Positions 16,604 through 31,665 are shown, counted from the first letter of the stretch. The stretch: DNA of 64,000 nucleotides from Eledone cirrhosa (GCA_964016885.1 OZ024740.1:334862001-334926000), one strand, 5' to 3'. The notes: generated from the letters alone by a model not told the origin. A program made the numbers and translations.

Positions 16604-17542
16604 ATGTGTATATGTTTATGTAGTTATGTGTAAGTATGTGCAGTTTGTATGCGTGTGTGTATATATATATATATATGTATATATGTATATAAGGTTGTGC
16701 GTAGGTATGTGTGCACGCGTATGTGTGTGTATATGTGTATGTGCGTGTGTACACATATGGACATATGTGCGTATACGTTTCTATGTGTATGTGCGTGTAT
16801 ACATGTGTATGTGTATGTATGTGTGCGTATACATATATGTATATGTGTATACGTGCGTGTATGCATGCGTTTGTATATGTGTGTGTGTCTATGTACACAC
16901 ACACATATAAATAAAAAATATATATATATATGGTGTGAATATCTCTCAGTGGGGGTGTGTGTGTGTGTGGGCGCGTACGTACGCCCACATAGGACAGGGT
17001 TTGTCTATGTGTTTATATACGGGTGTACATAAACGTGTGTGTATACAGATGTGTCTCTCTTCGCGTGTGTGCGCGTATGCGTGCATGTGGTACTAGATAT
17101 ATGGCGCGGTTTAGGCAGACGCTAATAGGCTTGTGGCGATCGGTGTCTAGAAGTGGGTGTACCTGGGTTTGTGGAAGAGCGGGAGTGTGTGTTCGTGTGT
17201 ATATGTGCATGGGGTATGTGTTTCTACACGTGTATGCGTACATTTGTGTATGCACGCATGTGTCTGTGCCTGCCCGTGTGTGTGTATATGTGTGTGTGTG
17301 TATGTGTGGGTACATACTCTGGAGTGTGAACACACGTGTGAGATACCGAACCCAGCATGACTCCATTGAAGTGTGTCGGGCGGAAAATGGCTGATGACCC
17401 GTGTAGCAGGAAATAGTGACCAGAACTTAAGATAACGTGGAATAGCAACAGCCAATGGCATGACAGGAGTGGAAGATGTTTTTTGACGGTGTTCTTTTGA
17501 CGATAACACCCCAGTGATAAAATTTGCTCCGAACAAACTACC

Positions 17543-17633
17543 CGTGTCCGAAGGAACCTGCAGCTGTAGAATCAGCCAGATCCATACAGTGACCATGTCT
17601 CGAGCTACCTGCCGGCGAAACAATTGTAACACG
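17543..17633 (+). ncRNA. Degenerate or variant hammerhead-like motif with long stem II region
   Basis: CGTGT CCGAAGG ...~60 nt... GAAA CAATTG TA ACACG, then AATAAA. Stem I and palindromic stem III fit, but the core deviates from CTGANGA at two positions. Confidence 0.4.
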
Positions 17634-17895
17634 CAATAAACTGAGTCCAGATGCATCACTGATTTTTCGTTTATTTATACTCTCCACACTCTACTGTATG
17701 AATATTGAGTGCTAATTTTGGCATACCGCCTATGGAAGTACCATAGCTACCATTATACTCAACTATATATAGATATATATATATATAGATATACATATAT
17801 ATAGAGGGAGAGAGAGAGAGCGAATGATTAGTATAGAGAGAGGGGGGTTTATCGTGAGGCAATGTGAGGAACCGGACAAGAAAGTATATATGCAT

Positions 17896-17930
<35 letters not shown>

Positions 17931-17973
17931 CATACACACACACACACACACACAACATATATATATATATATA

Positions 17974-18552
<579 letters not shown>

Positions 18553-20544
18553 ATTATTTCTAGAAATATATATATATGTGCGTGTTACTTTGTGAGATTT
18601 TGTGTTCCTGTATATGAGTATATGAGCGTATGGGGATGCTTGCCGGCGCATGCATGTATGGATACATGTGAGTGTGTGTACGAGTATATGTTTAACTGTA
18701 TACTTGTTTGTCGCGATGAGACGTTACGCTTATGAATCGACCATGTATATAACCTTTCTGGTCCCCGTTAACATGTGAATGTTATTAAAGGACGTCTTTG
18801 TTAGAAGTGTTGGAGCTGCCATTTATATTAACAATTTCCTATTAATATCAGAGTAATATAGTTTAGAGTAACAAAAAGAGAACTGTTGGATATTCTTTTT
18901 TAGGCCTTGGCTTGATATCCATTTCCTAAGCTGTCACATGGACGTTTTATCGACAGGGTACAAACATTTATATATATTTACTGGTTACAGGTTTTATACA
19001 CACTTGCTATTCTCTTGTATGATTGAATCAATTTTAATTTGCTGATTTATTCTCAGAGATAGAAGCCAACAAATATCTCATAGGTTTTATAATATGATAA
19101 GAGGAGGAAAGCTAACACTCATGATCTTTAGGGATTTCGAGATTTAGAGAATGTTATCCTCAGATATGAGACATAATTTGAATAATTGGCCTGGTGGAAT
19201 TGAATCGGACGAGCTGTTAAATGAATCTCCCACGATCTATGTGCCATACTATTGTCTTGATTCGAAAATTTAAACATCGACAGTATTTGATCTCGAAATG
19301 AATAAAGATGTAACTAAATACCACGTTGATATTTATTCAGCATTTCAACTGATTCTGCACGTCTAACACCCTCTGCAAATCCGCCAGCTTTACCACTTTA
19401 AAATTGAATTTGTATAATTTTACTAGGCCTACAATGTATGTCGGAGCACATCCATACCCAATAATTATGTATGCGTTAGTTTTATATTGTTTAACTTTTA
19501 GTCTTGAAGAAGGGCGATGATAATATCTATTGTAGATTTTCTAACACTTTTGAGAATGTGGTAGTAGTTCACTACATATTCTGAGTTATCTACTGACATA
19601 CATCAGTAAGAATGCTAGCAGAATAGTATATTATGCTAAAGGCATGTAGGTATCCCGGTTGGGAGCGAAATAAGAGCCAATATCCACAAAGAAGAAAATT
19701 CAACAGCTTCTTCTCATTTTTCTCAACTAAAAGTACATTATGTCTCAAAATAAAAGGGTGATATGTCTGAAATTCCTTGGAGTGTATGCTTACTAGATTA
19801 CCATTCCCATGGAATGAAATAATAACAACAATAAACTACATAACAATAAGGATTGAATTACAGATTTCTTGTGGATTTGTATAAAGGAAATTCTAATAAT
19901 ACTCTGCTCTAGATCCCCTAGTATATATTCCACCTGAAATTGATGGAGAGAAGGAATTTCATATACAAATATTTGGTCTATTTATTCGGGCATTGTATAG
20001 GCAATATATTGAGCATACGAATCAGCTGTTTTGAATTCACAAGAACTGAATCAAAATTAGTTCCTCTACACATTACGTGATAAAGATAAATTAAACTTAT
20101 TTAATTCTCTGTTTTAATGGTTCTGGTTACAATAAGTGAACATTATGAAACCTATACGTCATATAATTAGAGAATTAGATATTGTGTCTCTGAGGCAAGA
20201 TCCGATTGAGATCAAATATTCATTTATTTATCATTTATCAGTAATAATTACTTATAGACTTTTTCGACATCATCTGCTATAAGCCACGTCTATAAAATGT
20301 GACTATTTAGAGAGAATATAAGTAGTTTACGTTGGCGCACGGGTTTCAACTATTGTAAATTATATACTGCGAACAACAAAAATACGAATTTACTCATTAT
20401 TCGATGCTATAAATAAATGTTTTCCATGGAAATGGTGGCAATAGAGTCAAATTCACATTGAGTGCCTTTGTAATCACTATTATATATTCTCAGAGGCTTT
20501 AGGATGAACAATTTATGGAGATGTAATGTTATGTGTGTGCATGC

Positions 20545-20644
<100 letters not shown>

Positions 20645-22739
20645 AGAGAGATATGGGAGAGAGGGAGAGATATGAGGGTGGAAGAGAGAGATGAGAGTGG
20701 GAGAGAGAGAAGAATGTGATGGAAATGAGATGTCAGAAATACAATGAGAGAGCGAGAGCGATGCGAGTTAAACGACACATGCGAGCTTCCTTAACTTATA
20801 AACATAATTTAACTTTTTATAAATAAATGAAATGTGTTTTAAACAGATTTTCTTCGTTGTGGCATTGAGAAGAGATGGCTTATCAAATTTCAATGTTTTT
20901 TAACGTTTCATCACAGATCGGTTTCTCACATCCTATCTACATGAGCTTACCACTATCTATAGGGCAAGCAAACAGGGAAATAATTAAATCTATCAAAGTC
21001 CGATGGCACGAAATATCTATTATATAATAGACAAATAGGAAAAATCCATAATGAGAGTCACAATAATAATTTGCGTGGGTGCTTTTGTTAAAAACACCAT
21101 TTAACATACCTGCGTACAGTTTTTACCCGTTTACGTGTGTTGTATTGAAGCGGATTTACATTACCTATTGAGTACGCTGGGATACAGCCGGTCCTAGCAT
21201 TGATAACTATGCTGGGTCCGTCAACTTCTTATTATATGAATATATATATACACACACACACATATATATATAAATATACATGCATATATATATATGCATT
21301 ATTATCATTATTGATATTACTATTACAATTATTATTATTATTTGTTGTTATCGATGAAGATTTTTCGTTGTTTTTGTCACAATTTGCTGCAATATACACC
21401 TGAAACCCCGTAGCACAGAGCCAATTCTAACCAGGACACTGAAGTTTATATTTTCAGTAGGATGTGTTATGTAGAATCTTGAAATGGTCAAAACCTAATT
21501 GTCAAAGAAATTCATTTGCCGAAAGAAACATTGAAACGTTCTTACTGTAACTGCAGAGAAGTATTACTTTCACACATGGTTTGATTCTATAGCAATCTAT
21601 TAACAATCCAAAACACCGTTATTTAAAAGGAAAAGAAAAAAATACTTCCCCTTATGTAATATAAAGTTATCACTTCTTTTGCAGAAATGTTACAATGAAT
21701 AAATTTCTATAAGAATGAACACCTATAAAAGAAATTCTTCATTTCATTTCGTTTCATTTTAGACTTTGTTCGAAATCTTACAAAGGCATTAAGTATGGTG
21801 AAGTAATCATGAAATAAAAAGGAATTGCATTTATTTGTTGGTTGCTAAATAGAAAGAAACATGCTTATAGACGAAAAGAACAGTAGAGCATCGATTTTAA
21901 TGTCCTTGCTAAAGAAACAGAAAGAACAGGAAAAGATGTATACTGCATTACTTTTATCTTCGAGTTCAGTAGTTATTTATGACAACTTTGTATATTTTAA
22001 CTTTCTGAATGGAGAGTATTCGTAGTCGTATTTTATCTTTTTCTGGTTAGCAGACAGTAATACATTATTTCAGAGTTAAATTTTTGACCTTGTTAATTAT
22101 GTATTTTCTGTTTATTTCCTTCACGCCAACAAAAGTGAATTAGTGTAAATGATTTGTGAGAAGACATAGATGCCTTATATAGTAGCGAATATCAAACTCA
22201 ATGGTTTCTAGTTCTCATCGCGTTGCAGTGAAAATTCGCACGGGAAGCACGTAATTGTATATAATCTACTAAAAGATAAAAGAAATGACACAGGTTTTGT
22301 TTTTGATAAAGTAGCGATGATAATATAAAATCGAAAAATGATTTCATTGTATACATTTCAAATTTCTCTGGTCAGTATTCATCGCAATGTAATGTAAACA
22401 TTCATAGATAGACTATATGTATTTTCTGTCTGAAAAGCAACGCGTTCTATGGTTCAAGAGGATACTTTCAAATATCTATTCTCCGCATATTTGTTACAAT
22501 ATGAGGCATATACATTATTTTATTAGGTTACCGATGATTATATATATATGTGTGTGTGTGTCTGTGGAGGGGGATGTGTGTACGTGCAAGTCAACCAACA
22601 TAAGTCTTTTTATATGTAAATTTTCTAGTATTCTACTCTAACCATAATTATCAGTAGTACCACTCCACATAAATCCCTCAATTTAAGAATGACCTGTAGT
22701 ATCGAATGTCATACTATAAACCTCAATTGAATATATATC

Positions 22740-23088
22740 TGACCAGCAATGCTTTTTGTGAAAATCAGTCATATGGAACTATTGTCATCTTGCCTGGCGG
22801 TTTGAACTTTACAACACCACCTGCCTCTTTGAGGTCAAATACAAACCCTACTAGCATCTACAAACTTACCAATGAGAATTAACACTATTCCTACTGACAA
22901 CAATAAATTATTCCTAACAAGCTCATACGTCCCAAGGCTTTGATACGATCAACACCATAAACACAGAGCTGGCATACCTAAGAACTGACTAACTGCCTGA
23001 TGAGGTCATATCCATTCAATGGCTATCATCGAAATATATATAGCAGTAAATAAAGGATTATGCGTTCCTGCAATTGACTTATGTTTCG

Positions 23089-23093
<5 letters not shown>
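22740..23093 (+). mobile_element. PLE 3' end (degenerate ..LPGGLN C-terminus, 3' UTR, HHR, AATAAA); second copy at 62582-62892 on - strand
   Basis: ~320 bp shared in reverse complement with 62582-62892. PGGLN/DGLN resembles the P.GLN end of Penelope GIY-YIG domains. Ends in (TA)n. Confidence 0.7.
22992..23047 (+). ncRNA. Minimal type I hammerhead ribozyme
   Basis: ACTGC CTGATGA GGTCATATCCAT tca ATGGCTATCATC GAAA TATATATA GCAGT, followed by AATAAA. A degenerate copy lies on the - strand near 62628-62674. Confidence 0.85.
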
Positions 23094-23117
<24 letters not shown>

Positions 23118-23119
<2 letters not shown>

Positions 23120-23537
23120 CGTTTCTGAATTTGTTTAGCAAGATTCTTTATCTGAAATCGTGTGTTGAAACCGATATTGTTATACTTTGGTACGGTCATG
23201 TTGCCAATAAGAAACACACGCACCAGCTGCTTTCACTTCAATTTATTATAATAAATTTATAATAAATTTATAAATTTATAAATTTCTGGTTGGTTGGTTG
23301 GTTCCACAACCAGATAGTTGTTTATATATTGTCATAGTTCTTTCGTCACAGAGTGTGTGACGAAAGAGGTCACAGAGTGTGTGACGAAAGAACTATGACA
23401 ATATATAAACAACTATCTGGTTGTGGAACCAACCAACCAACCAGAAATGTATAAATTTATAAATTTATTATAATAAATTGAAGTGAAAGCAACTGGTGCG
23501 TGTGTTTCTTATTGGCAACATGACCCTCCCAAAGTAT

Positions 23538-23545
<8 letters not shown>
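23118..23545. mobile_element. Fold-back element: palindrome 23174-23545 with duplicated central hairpin, tail 23118-23173
   Basis: Arms mirror each other; the centre GTCACA-GAGTG-TGTGAC-GAAA occurs twice. Same family at 35731-35917; related ends at 4773-4853, 4985-5040 and 15135-15260. Confidence 0.85.
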
Positions 23546-23585
<40 letters not shown>

Positions 23586-23784
23586 AATGTAGTATCACAT
23601 GAATATATATTAATTCCTTACGTTTAAGATTTCAGATAAATAGTGGTGTGTCGAAAGCCTTCAATATAGGTGTTGGACTCTAACAAATGTGCGTACTCTC
23701 ATATCTCAAGTTCATAATTGTCATAAACAGGATTGATATGTGCAACCGGGTTCGAATCGGTATCCAACCTGGGGGGGGGGGGTT

Positions 23785-24262
23785 TCAGTCAGTCGACTTG
23801 ATTTTGCAGACGACATGGTACTACTTAACACGTCGGTAGGCGATGCATAGGTGAAGGATAGCAGTGCTAAAGGGCGCTTCATAGGTGAAGGATAGCAGTG
23901 CTGTGAAGACAAAGAAGCCAGCTTCGTGCACCCTGCCTATTATTGGTGTTACACTGAAATAGGTTGAGTTCAAGTATATCGGGGCCATTTTCGCGGGAGA
24001 TTGAAAACAGGAGGCTGAATTAAATACAAGAAGTTTATTATCTGTACAAGTAAAGTGCCTTCTTTAGCATTCATGATTAGAAGAAGGGGGGAAATTTAGA
24101 CTGACTGCGTTTAATTCAGTGTTCGGGCCTACCCTTACGTGTGTTTATGAATCTTGCGTAATTACCAAAATAATACGATCACGAATACAAATACCCTAAA
24201 TAGACGCAGTTCGAAGAGATTTGGAGTAATGTTACACGATAGAGTTCCTAACCCAAAGATAG
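23785..24262 (+). mobile_element. RTE-clade LINE fragment
   Basis: VSRLDFADDMVLL (FADD motif), EFKYIGAIF, AFNSVFGPTLTCVYESCVIT..IRSRIQ; homologous to 2400-2850. Confidence 0.8.
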
Positions 24263-24384
24263 AGTTAGAAATAGAAGATAAATAGAAAGTAAAGAGTGAT
24301 CAGAGGAAGGAATGGGTCAAATGAGAATAAAAAGTGTGGAGAAGAAACACAGACACGTATTCAGTCGGCCATATATATATATAT

Positions 24385-24547
24385 ATAGGAACGAGTATGA
24401 CCCCGACGGCTGAGCTCAAGCCGTTTCGACGGCTAGAGCTCAGCCGTCGGGGTCCTACTCGTTCCTATTACCCACTCTACTACCCTAAGTATTGAGTAAT
24501 TTGGTGCGTTATCGTCCACCTGGTTGCTTACCACATTTCCTTCGTTA
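24385..24547. mobile_element. Small fold-back element: palindrome 24385-24468 plus tail
   Basis: ATAGGAACGAGTA..GAGCTC mirrored; same family as 31716-32128; (TA)n flanks. Confidence 0.85.
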
Positions 24548-24639
24548 TATATATATATATATATATATATTTTTTTAAAGAGGGAGAGAGTGATAGAGAG
24601 AGAGAGAGAAAGAGAGAAGTACACAGGTGTTGAATCTAT

Positions 24640-25140
24640 CATTTTTGTGTGAAATGTAAAACTTAATTCGGTGGAAGTTGAACGTAGAGTCGGAGGCTAT
24701 ACAGGTTTTTTTTTACAGTTGGTTGATTGGCTTTGTCTTTGGGTTGTACGCGGAAGTAAGAGGGTATGTGTTTGTTGATTTGATATGAACATTTATTTAG
24801 TTTTTTTCTCTTTAAATGTATATGGAGATTTGCTTGTGTTGAAAACAATTTTCATTTATGAGAGATATGGGTTAAGATGTATATGGTTTGTATTTATGGA
24901 TAGTAGTTAGAAAAGTTTTGTCCAAAATATTTTCTGCCGGAAGGTCAATTGTGTCATGAAACGGTGAGTGAAACTGTCCTCATATATTTAATGTTCGTGG
25001 CATGGAGGTCATTGTTAAAAATGAAGTGATGATAGCCTAGTATTGTATGTGAGAAAGGGGAGAAGACTGATTCGAAGCGGAAAATATTTCGACCAAAGCG
25101 TAATTCTGTTTTCTGTCTACTATCCATATCGCTTATGACC
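24640..25140 (-). pseudogene. Highly degenerate Penelope-type reverse transcriptase remnant
   Basis: Frameshifted peptides TILGYHHFIFNNDL, AENILDKTFLTTIHKYKPY and SQSTNCKK.LYSLRL occur in the order of the PLE RT motifs IL..NYF.FN, ANIFM..LE..FL....P and S.HP.HCK..I.YSQ.LR. Confidence 0.45.
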
Positions 25141-25348
25141 AACGTTGTGTTTTCAAATATATATACATACGCTTAATAAATTTAAAGAGAAAACGCATAA
25201 AATAAACAAACATATTTCCACCGTCTCCCACATACAACCAACAATAAATGTAAATTCTAGTTCAAATTCTAATTCCAAGTTCAAAGTCCACCGTGTTTAA
25301 CGTCGCATTTCATACTAAATTACTAGATTTCATACCCCTCTAACACAC

Positions 25349-25443
<95 letters not shown>

Positions 25444-28412
25444 ACCAAATATATAATATGTGTGTGTGTGTGTCTGAAACATTAATAGATCAATATGAAG
25501 GAGAGATGCCAGAGGTGTGAAATCTTGCATGCTTTTATCTTCTAATTATTAATTGCTTTGTTTCTATCCACGGACTATTTTAAAATATAAACAACATTTG
25601 GCCATTCTATGAGCGTATCATGGTCAGCCTCTGAACACTACAGCCGACCATCTTATATAAGATGAGTAAAGTAAACATGCATATGCTTTGCTCTGAAAGA
25701 TTTAAACTATGACCTTAACAAAGCTGTCTCAGTTGCCACGTAGTATGTGGTGAGATGTGCAGGAAATAATTAATCACAAGATACTAGGCGATAATTAAAC
25801 AATAACAACCGAAGTCTAGGCCAAAAGCTAAGTTGTTTGAACACAGCATTGCAGCAAACGCCCATCATTAACAAACAGAAAATTAGCCATCTTTCAACAG
25901 GCTAACGCTAGACCTCACACTGCACAAAATACCAAATATCTCCTGGAGAAATGTATCTACGAAATTATACTTCACTCCCAATATTCTCCGGAATTTAATT
26001 TTAGTGGATTAAGACATACTTCAAGAGAAGTAGCCAAAAATTATTTCGAAATTTAATGAAATGTATGCAAGTGACATTGAAATGATGATTGACAGTTGGA
26101 GAGAAGTCATAGAGGTGGACAGGGTCTACATTGCCAATTAATAACATCTGATATTTTGTTCTTTGAGCCTTAAAAAACGGACAGAGCTTTCGTTACAATT
26201 GTGTGTGCATATGTATGTATGTATGTATGTATATATGTATGTATGTATATATGTATATATATATGTATGTAAAATAACTCCAGCTGTGAATATAAACATA
26301 GGTTGTTATGTATGCAGAAGTAGATAGAGATCTTGATGGCCCGGGACAGTACAGGTCTAGTGAGCCCCTCAAATAAGAACACACACACACATATACATAT
26401 ATACACACACACACATATATATATGTATGCATATACATAATGAAGTAAAGAGAGAAAGATTATACATATCTCTATATAAATATTCATAGGGAGTTGTGAG
26501 TGTGTGTGTGTGAGTATGTATATAAATATGCATAGGGAGTTGTGAATATGTTTAGGGGTGAGCGTGTTTGTGCTTGTGTGTGAATATATGACATCTCGTT
26601 TATCATTTTTTAGCACCCTGTCCCTTTAAATATGTTCGTTTACTTCGCATCTATATCCATTATCTTTTTGTTGTCATTGTCATCGTGAGAGAGTATTTAC
26701 GTAAACTACATGCCATATGTATATTTATTCTGATGTGTTTAATACAATATCAATTCAATAAATTTAATAGTATTTTCTTATTTCTGTTCATTTACCTATC
26801 TTAATTACTTTATGTCACTCACTTAAGGTTATGTTTATCATTTTGCCTCTCTACTTTACGCATGAATTATTCTTTAATGTCATTGTTGATTTAAGGTGTT
26901 TTTCTTGCTCAATCACGAGGTAAATTGTCATTTTCCAATGAAAATACGCTCCAATACAAACAACAACATACAGTAAGTGTTCTATAAATGTCATAAACTT
27001 CCTCAAGAATTTACTATGTATACATGAGAGAATCATTCAATATATTTTCAGCTAATTTCAATACATTTTCAAAATAAGGAAAATATAATATAGATTTTGT
27101 TCACTTTTCAATTTGCTATATTTTGTTTTCAATATTCATTAATGACGTGCCGTTTTGACAACGAAAATAATTATTTTGGATAACATGAAACATATTGAAA
27201 TTTAATGTATTATTTAGCCAACTAAAAGCCTTTTTTCCCTTTCCTAATTGTTGCTTCTGCCTTTTATATGTAATTTAATCAGAGTGTATTATTCAATAAA
27301 TCACAACAGTAATGGCATATTCTCTGGATATATATACACTTACTATTAATATAATTGAAAAATTAGAGTTTGAAAAACTGAATGTATCATATATCATGTG
27401 GAGACATCCTTGAAAACATAGAGCTACTTTGCTTGTGCAAGGCCAATTTTGTTGGCGTGTAATTTAGTAAATAGCATTTAGCACAATATATTTATCGTTT
27501 GTTCTTGCGTATATCATTCTTGCTAATTTCATATCATATTGATGTTTCTGCTTAAATATAAGCAGCCCTGAAGAAGTAGACGAGGAAAAGCGTCTAGGAC
27601 AATATATATATAACATGTTCTCCACTTTAATATAGTAGGGTATAATTTCGCTTTTATTTCTAGCAAGTCGAATTAGCTTTGTTTAAGGAGGAAGAGTAAA
27701 TTTAACTCATTACATAAAACCCTGAATTGTGGAGACAATTTGCCATTACATACAAAATCTAACCAACATCATCCCTATCAATGACCTACATGGTGGCATG
27801 TCTAATAGAAAAATGAGTCTCCTTCTTAACGTCAGAAAACCTTGATAATTTTAAGCATCATAGCACAGAAAAATCGAATAAATACCGGACCATTTAACAC
27901 GAGACACTAAATACTGTGCTAATTTGCAGCAATATTGAGATATATAAATAGTTAATAATACCAAAAATTACTCAGTGATTTTTCGTCGGCATCGTATAAA
28001 GATTTGCTTTTAATTTCAGCTAGTAGTTCATTCTCAAATTCAAAATGATTTAGTTATCTTTAAAACACGGGGATGGAAATCTAGGCTAATTAACTGAAAA
28101 TTCAATTAACTTGACGTGATTGCCTACTATAAGTGTCAAAATTCATCAAACTTTGTAGACGCTAATAATTAAACGTTTCAAAACTAATATATATTTGTAA
28201 AGTTATCATGAATATGTAAAACTTTCATTAATACAACATTAGTTTTTATATAAGATCAGCATCATCTTCACGATATTGAAGAAATTCTTCTTCTATTTTG
28301 TTCTATCTGTTCTTGGTTTAAGGCGGGACACTCAGATGGTTTTATATAACGTTTAACGCTCCAAACGCTGGGTTCTATCTCTATAATTCAAAACATAGAT
28401 TTACATATATGC

Positions 28413-28445
<33 letters not shown>

Positions 28446-28456
28446 AGTGTGTGTGT

Positions 28457-28552
<96 letters not shown>

Positions 28553-28615
28553 GTGTGCGCGTGTGTGTGCGCGTGTGTGTATGTGTATATGTATATATAT
28601 GTATATATATACATA

Positions 28616-28659
<44 letters not shown>

Positions 28660-29152
28660 ATAAATAGTGACATACCCAGGAATCAGACATTAACGGTTCA
28701 TATATATTTATTTATATATATATATATACAGAGAAAGAGAGACATATACACATCACGCATAAAAATAACAATAAACATAAAATCACACCTACTAACACTA
28801 TAAAAATATACGCTGGGATATAAGTATCAAATCATTAGTTTAATTTGCCACATAACTAAATATCTGAACCACAGAGATTGGTTCTATATAATGTTGAACA
28901 TATGTGGTACAATTTTGCTCAGACTGCTGTCATTTTGCAAATAGAGTACCCTTGAACTGCTTTGGTCGAGGTTACATCACCCCACCAGGATGCAATACAG
29001 AGCTCTCCAACTCTGAGGTTAAAACTCTAATCACTAAACAAGGCGGTTTTAGACACGTGCTCACGTACACGACTATATATATATTTAACTTATAATCTGA
29101 GTACACAGTTTATACTGTTACATTATAGATCGTGATATTTAATTTCAGGTGT

Positions 29153-29243
<91 letters not shown>

Positions 29244-29254
29244 TATATAAATAT

Positions 29255-29862
29255 GTCAGGTCACCAGTTGGTGCTACTGGTAACATGTATCCCCGTACAA
29301 CCTGTCTCATGGTCGGGTCGTTGGCGACTAAACCGGCAACCCCACCAAGGTTTCTTGGTGAGGAGGGTGACTTTGGACATCCTGCAGGACTAAAAACAAA
29401 ACCTTTCTAAGGGAAAAGGAGCTCTTAAGAGTCAATGGCCATCCAAAATCACCGGGAGAGATGACCCCTTAGCCTTTGTCAAGGCAGAATTCTAGGAGAA
29501 GGAAACTCTGATATAACACCTGCAACCCTGATGGTATCCAATGATGTTGACTTGTTCTTCTTTTTGGTAAATATCATCTTGGTTAAGAGAGTGGGACTGG
29601 CTTTGTGCAGTGCCTTTGCTCACTATAAAAGCTTCACGGCACAGGAATTGCTTTATATCTGGAGATCTCTCTGCACTTGTCGTCACATGGTACCATGGGC
29701 CCAGCACTATGTGTCAATAATTGTCACAAGTGTAGTGTTTGTACCAGAGTTTTCAAGTCGCTGGCTGGAATAAAAAGTCACACTCGTTCAAGGCTTCGGT
29801 AGGGGTTCTCCTACATGGATATAAAGTAGTGGCCGTACTCGAAAACGAGTTGGCAGCCACCA
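29255..29862 (+). mobile_element. Internally deleted RTE-like element (5' UTR-like part joined to 3' zinc-finger end) in (TA)n
   Basis: CTAGGAGAAGGAAACTCTGA leader motif (similar at ~47426); CSVCTRVFKSLAGIKSHTR near 29730-29790; ends GGCAGCCACC(AT)n. Confidence 0.5.
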
Positions 29863-29884
29863 TATATATAAATATATATATATA

Positions 29885-31150
29885 TAAAAGTATGAATACG
29901 TACATACATATATGTATACAGACGTACATACATATATGAATACAGACATTCAGTAGTATGTATATATATATACATACATGCACATATATATATATATATA
30001 TGTACGTATGGATTTATCCAGCATTTATTATAATGCTCGGTTTGTTTGCAAACAAACATCCCGAATTAAGCCGTACAGTGTTTAGCAACCATCGTTGCCC
30101 TTTTGTTCAACACTGACAAAGGAACGATGTACTAGTTTCAAGCTTATTAGCTATCGTCAGCAACGTATACCTTCATGCCAGATGATTGAACGTCTGAAAT
30201 ATATACTTTCCTTATGCATATTAACGGCTGAGCAGCCTAATTTGCATATCGAGTAAGTTAATCGGCCGGGCGCACCGAAAACGTTAAATGGTAAAAATGA
30301 AACGAAATTTCATTTCTCACTCTTAGTACGGCTGTTACATAAATATAAGTATACAGACGTACAGTAGTATGTATATATATATACATACATGCACACATAA
30401 TATATATGTACGTATGGATTTACCGAGTATTTATGATAATGCTCGGTTTGTTTATAAACAAACATCCCGAATTAAGCCGTACAGTGTTTAGCAACCGTCG
30501 TTGCGCTTTTGTTCAACACTGACAAAGGAACGATGTACTAGTTTCAAGCTTATCGGTAAATCCATACGTACATATATATATATTTGTGCATGTATGTATA
30601 TATATACATACTACTGTACGTCTGTATACATATATGTATGTACGTATTCATACTTATATTTAAGTAACAGCGGTACTAAGAGTGACCACTGAAATTTCGT
30701 TTCATTTTTTCCATTTATCGTTGCCGGTGCGCCCGGCCGATTAACTCACTCGATATGCAAATTAGGCGGCTCAGCCGTTAATATGCATAAGGAAAGTATA
30801 TACTTTCAGACGTTCAATCATCTGGCAGGAAGGTATACGGTGCTGACGATAGCTAATAAGCTTGAAACTAGTACATCGTTCCTTTGTCAGTGTTGAACAA
30901 AAGAGCAACGATTGTTGCTAGACACTGTACGGCTTAATTCAGGATGTTTGTTTACAAACAAACCGAGCATTATAATAAATGCTCGGTAAATCAATCCGTA
31001 CATATATATATATGTGTGCATGTATGTATATATATATACATACTACTGTACGTTTGTATATATATATGTATGTACGTATTCATACTTATATTTAAGTAAC
31101 AGCCGTACTAAGAGCGAGAAATCAACTTTCGTTTCATTTTTTCCATTTAT
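29885..31150. mobile_element. Tandem-plus-inverted array of a ~406-bp HHR-bearing unit; inversion point ~30553
   Basis: Predicted HHR cleavage positions repeat at 30130 and 30536; 30553-31150 is an inverted tandem. Homologous to 15622-16512. Confidence 0.85.
30837..30879 (+). ncRNA. Minimal type I hammerhead ribozyme (also - strand 30124-30166; half copy 30529-30553)
   Basis: ACGGTG CTGACGA T-AGCT aata AGCT-T GAAA CTAG TA CATCGT; same family as 15898-15942. Confidence 0.85.
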
Positions 31151-31665
31151 ATATATATATATATATAGTTATAACTTGTTTCGAAACCAAACAATTAAAA
31201 ATATTAAGGCATTTAATAACTGACAATTGTTTCTCACCTCGTTATGCTCCATATAGCAAATCATTTCACTTAACAATTAGCGATGAACATATCTTACTAT
31301 TTGGCAAAATGTTATATGATATAGAACTATCTACATAATTTTAAAGATACTTTCAATACAATAAATGATATCAGATGATACACACATTTTCTGTATGTAG
31401 GACAGAAAATGTGAACTCCATAAGTAACGTTTATTTATGAAGGCCCGCTTACATATTTTTCCCCTATTTATTTCATAAAGGTTCCTCCTCTGATATGTCT
31501 AATTTGGTTGCTCTGGTATTACTACTTACATACAAATATATCTCTCTCTCACTTTCTGTATATTCTCTGTCCATCTGCCTGTCTATCTGTATGTATGTAT
31601 ATTTGTACTTATGTATGTTTATACGTATGTATGCATGAGTGTATTATGCATATTATGGATGAATG

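Noticed and set aside
27566-27615. CTGAAGA followed by a TAGACG/CGTCTA hairpin
   Set aside because: No GAAA and no stem I pairing; at best a dead hammerhead relic.
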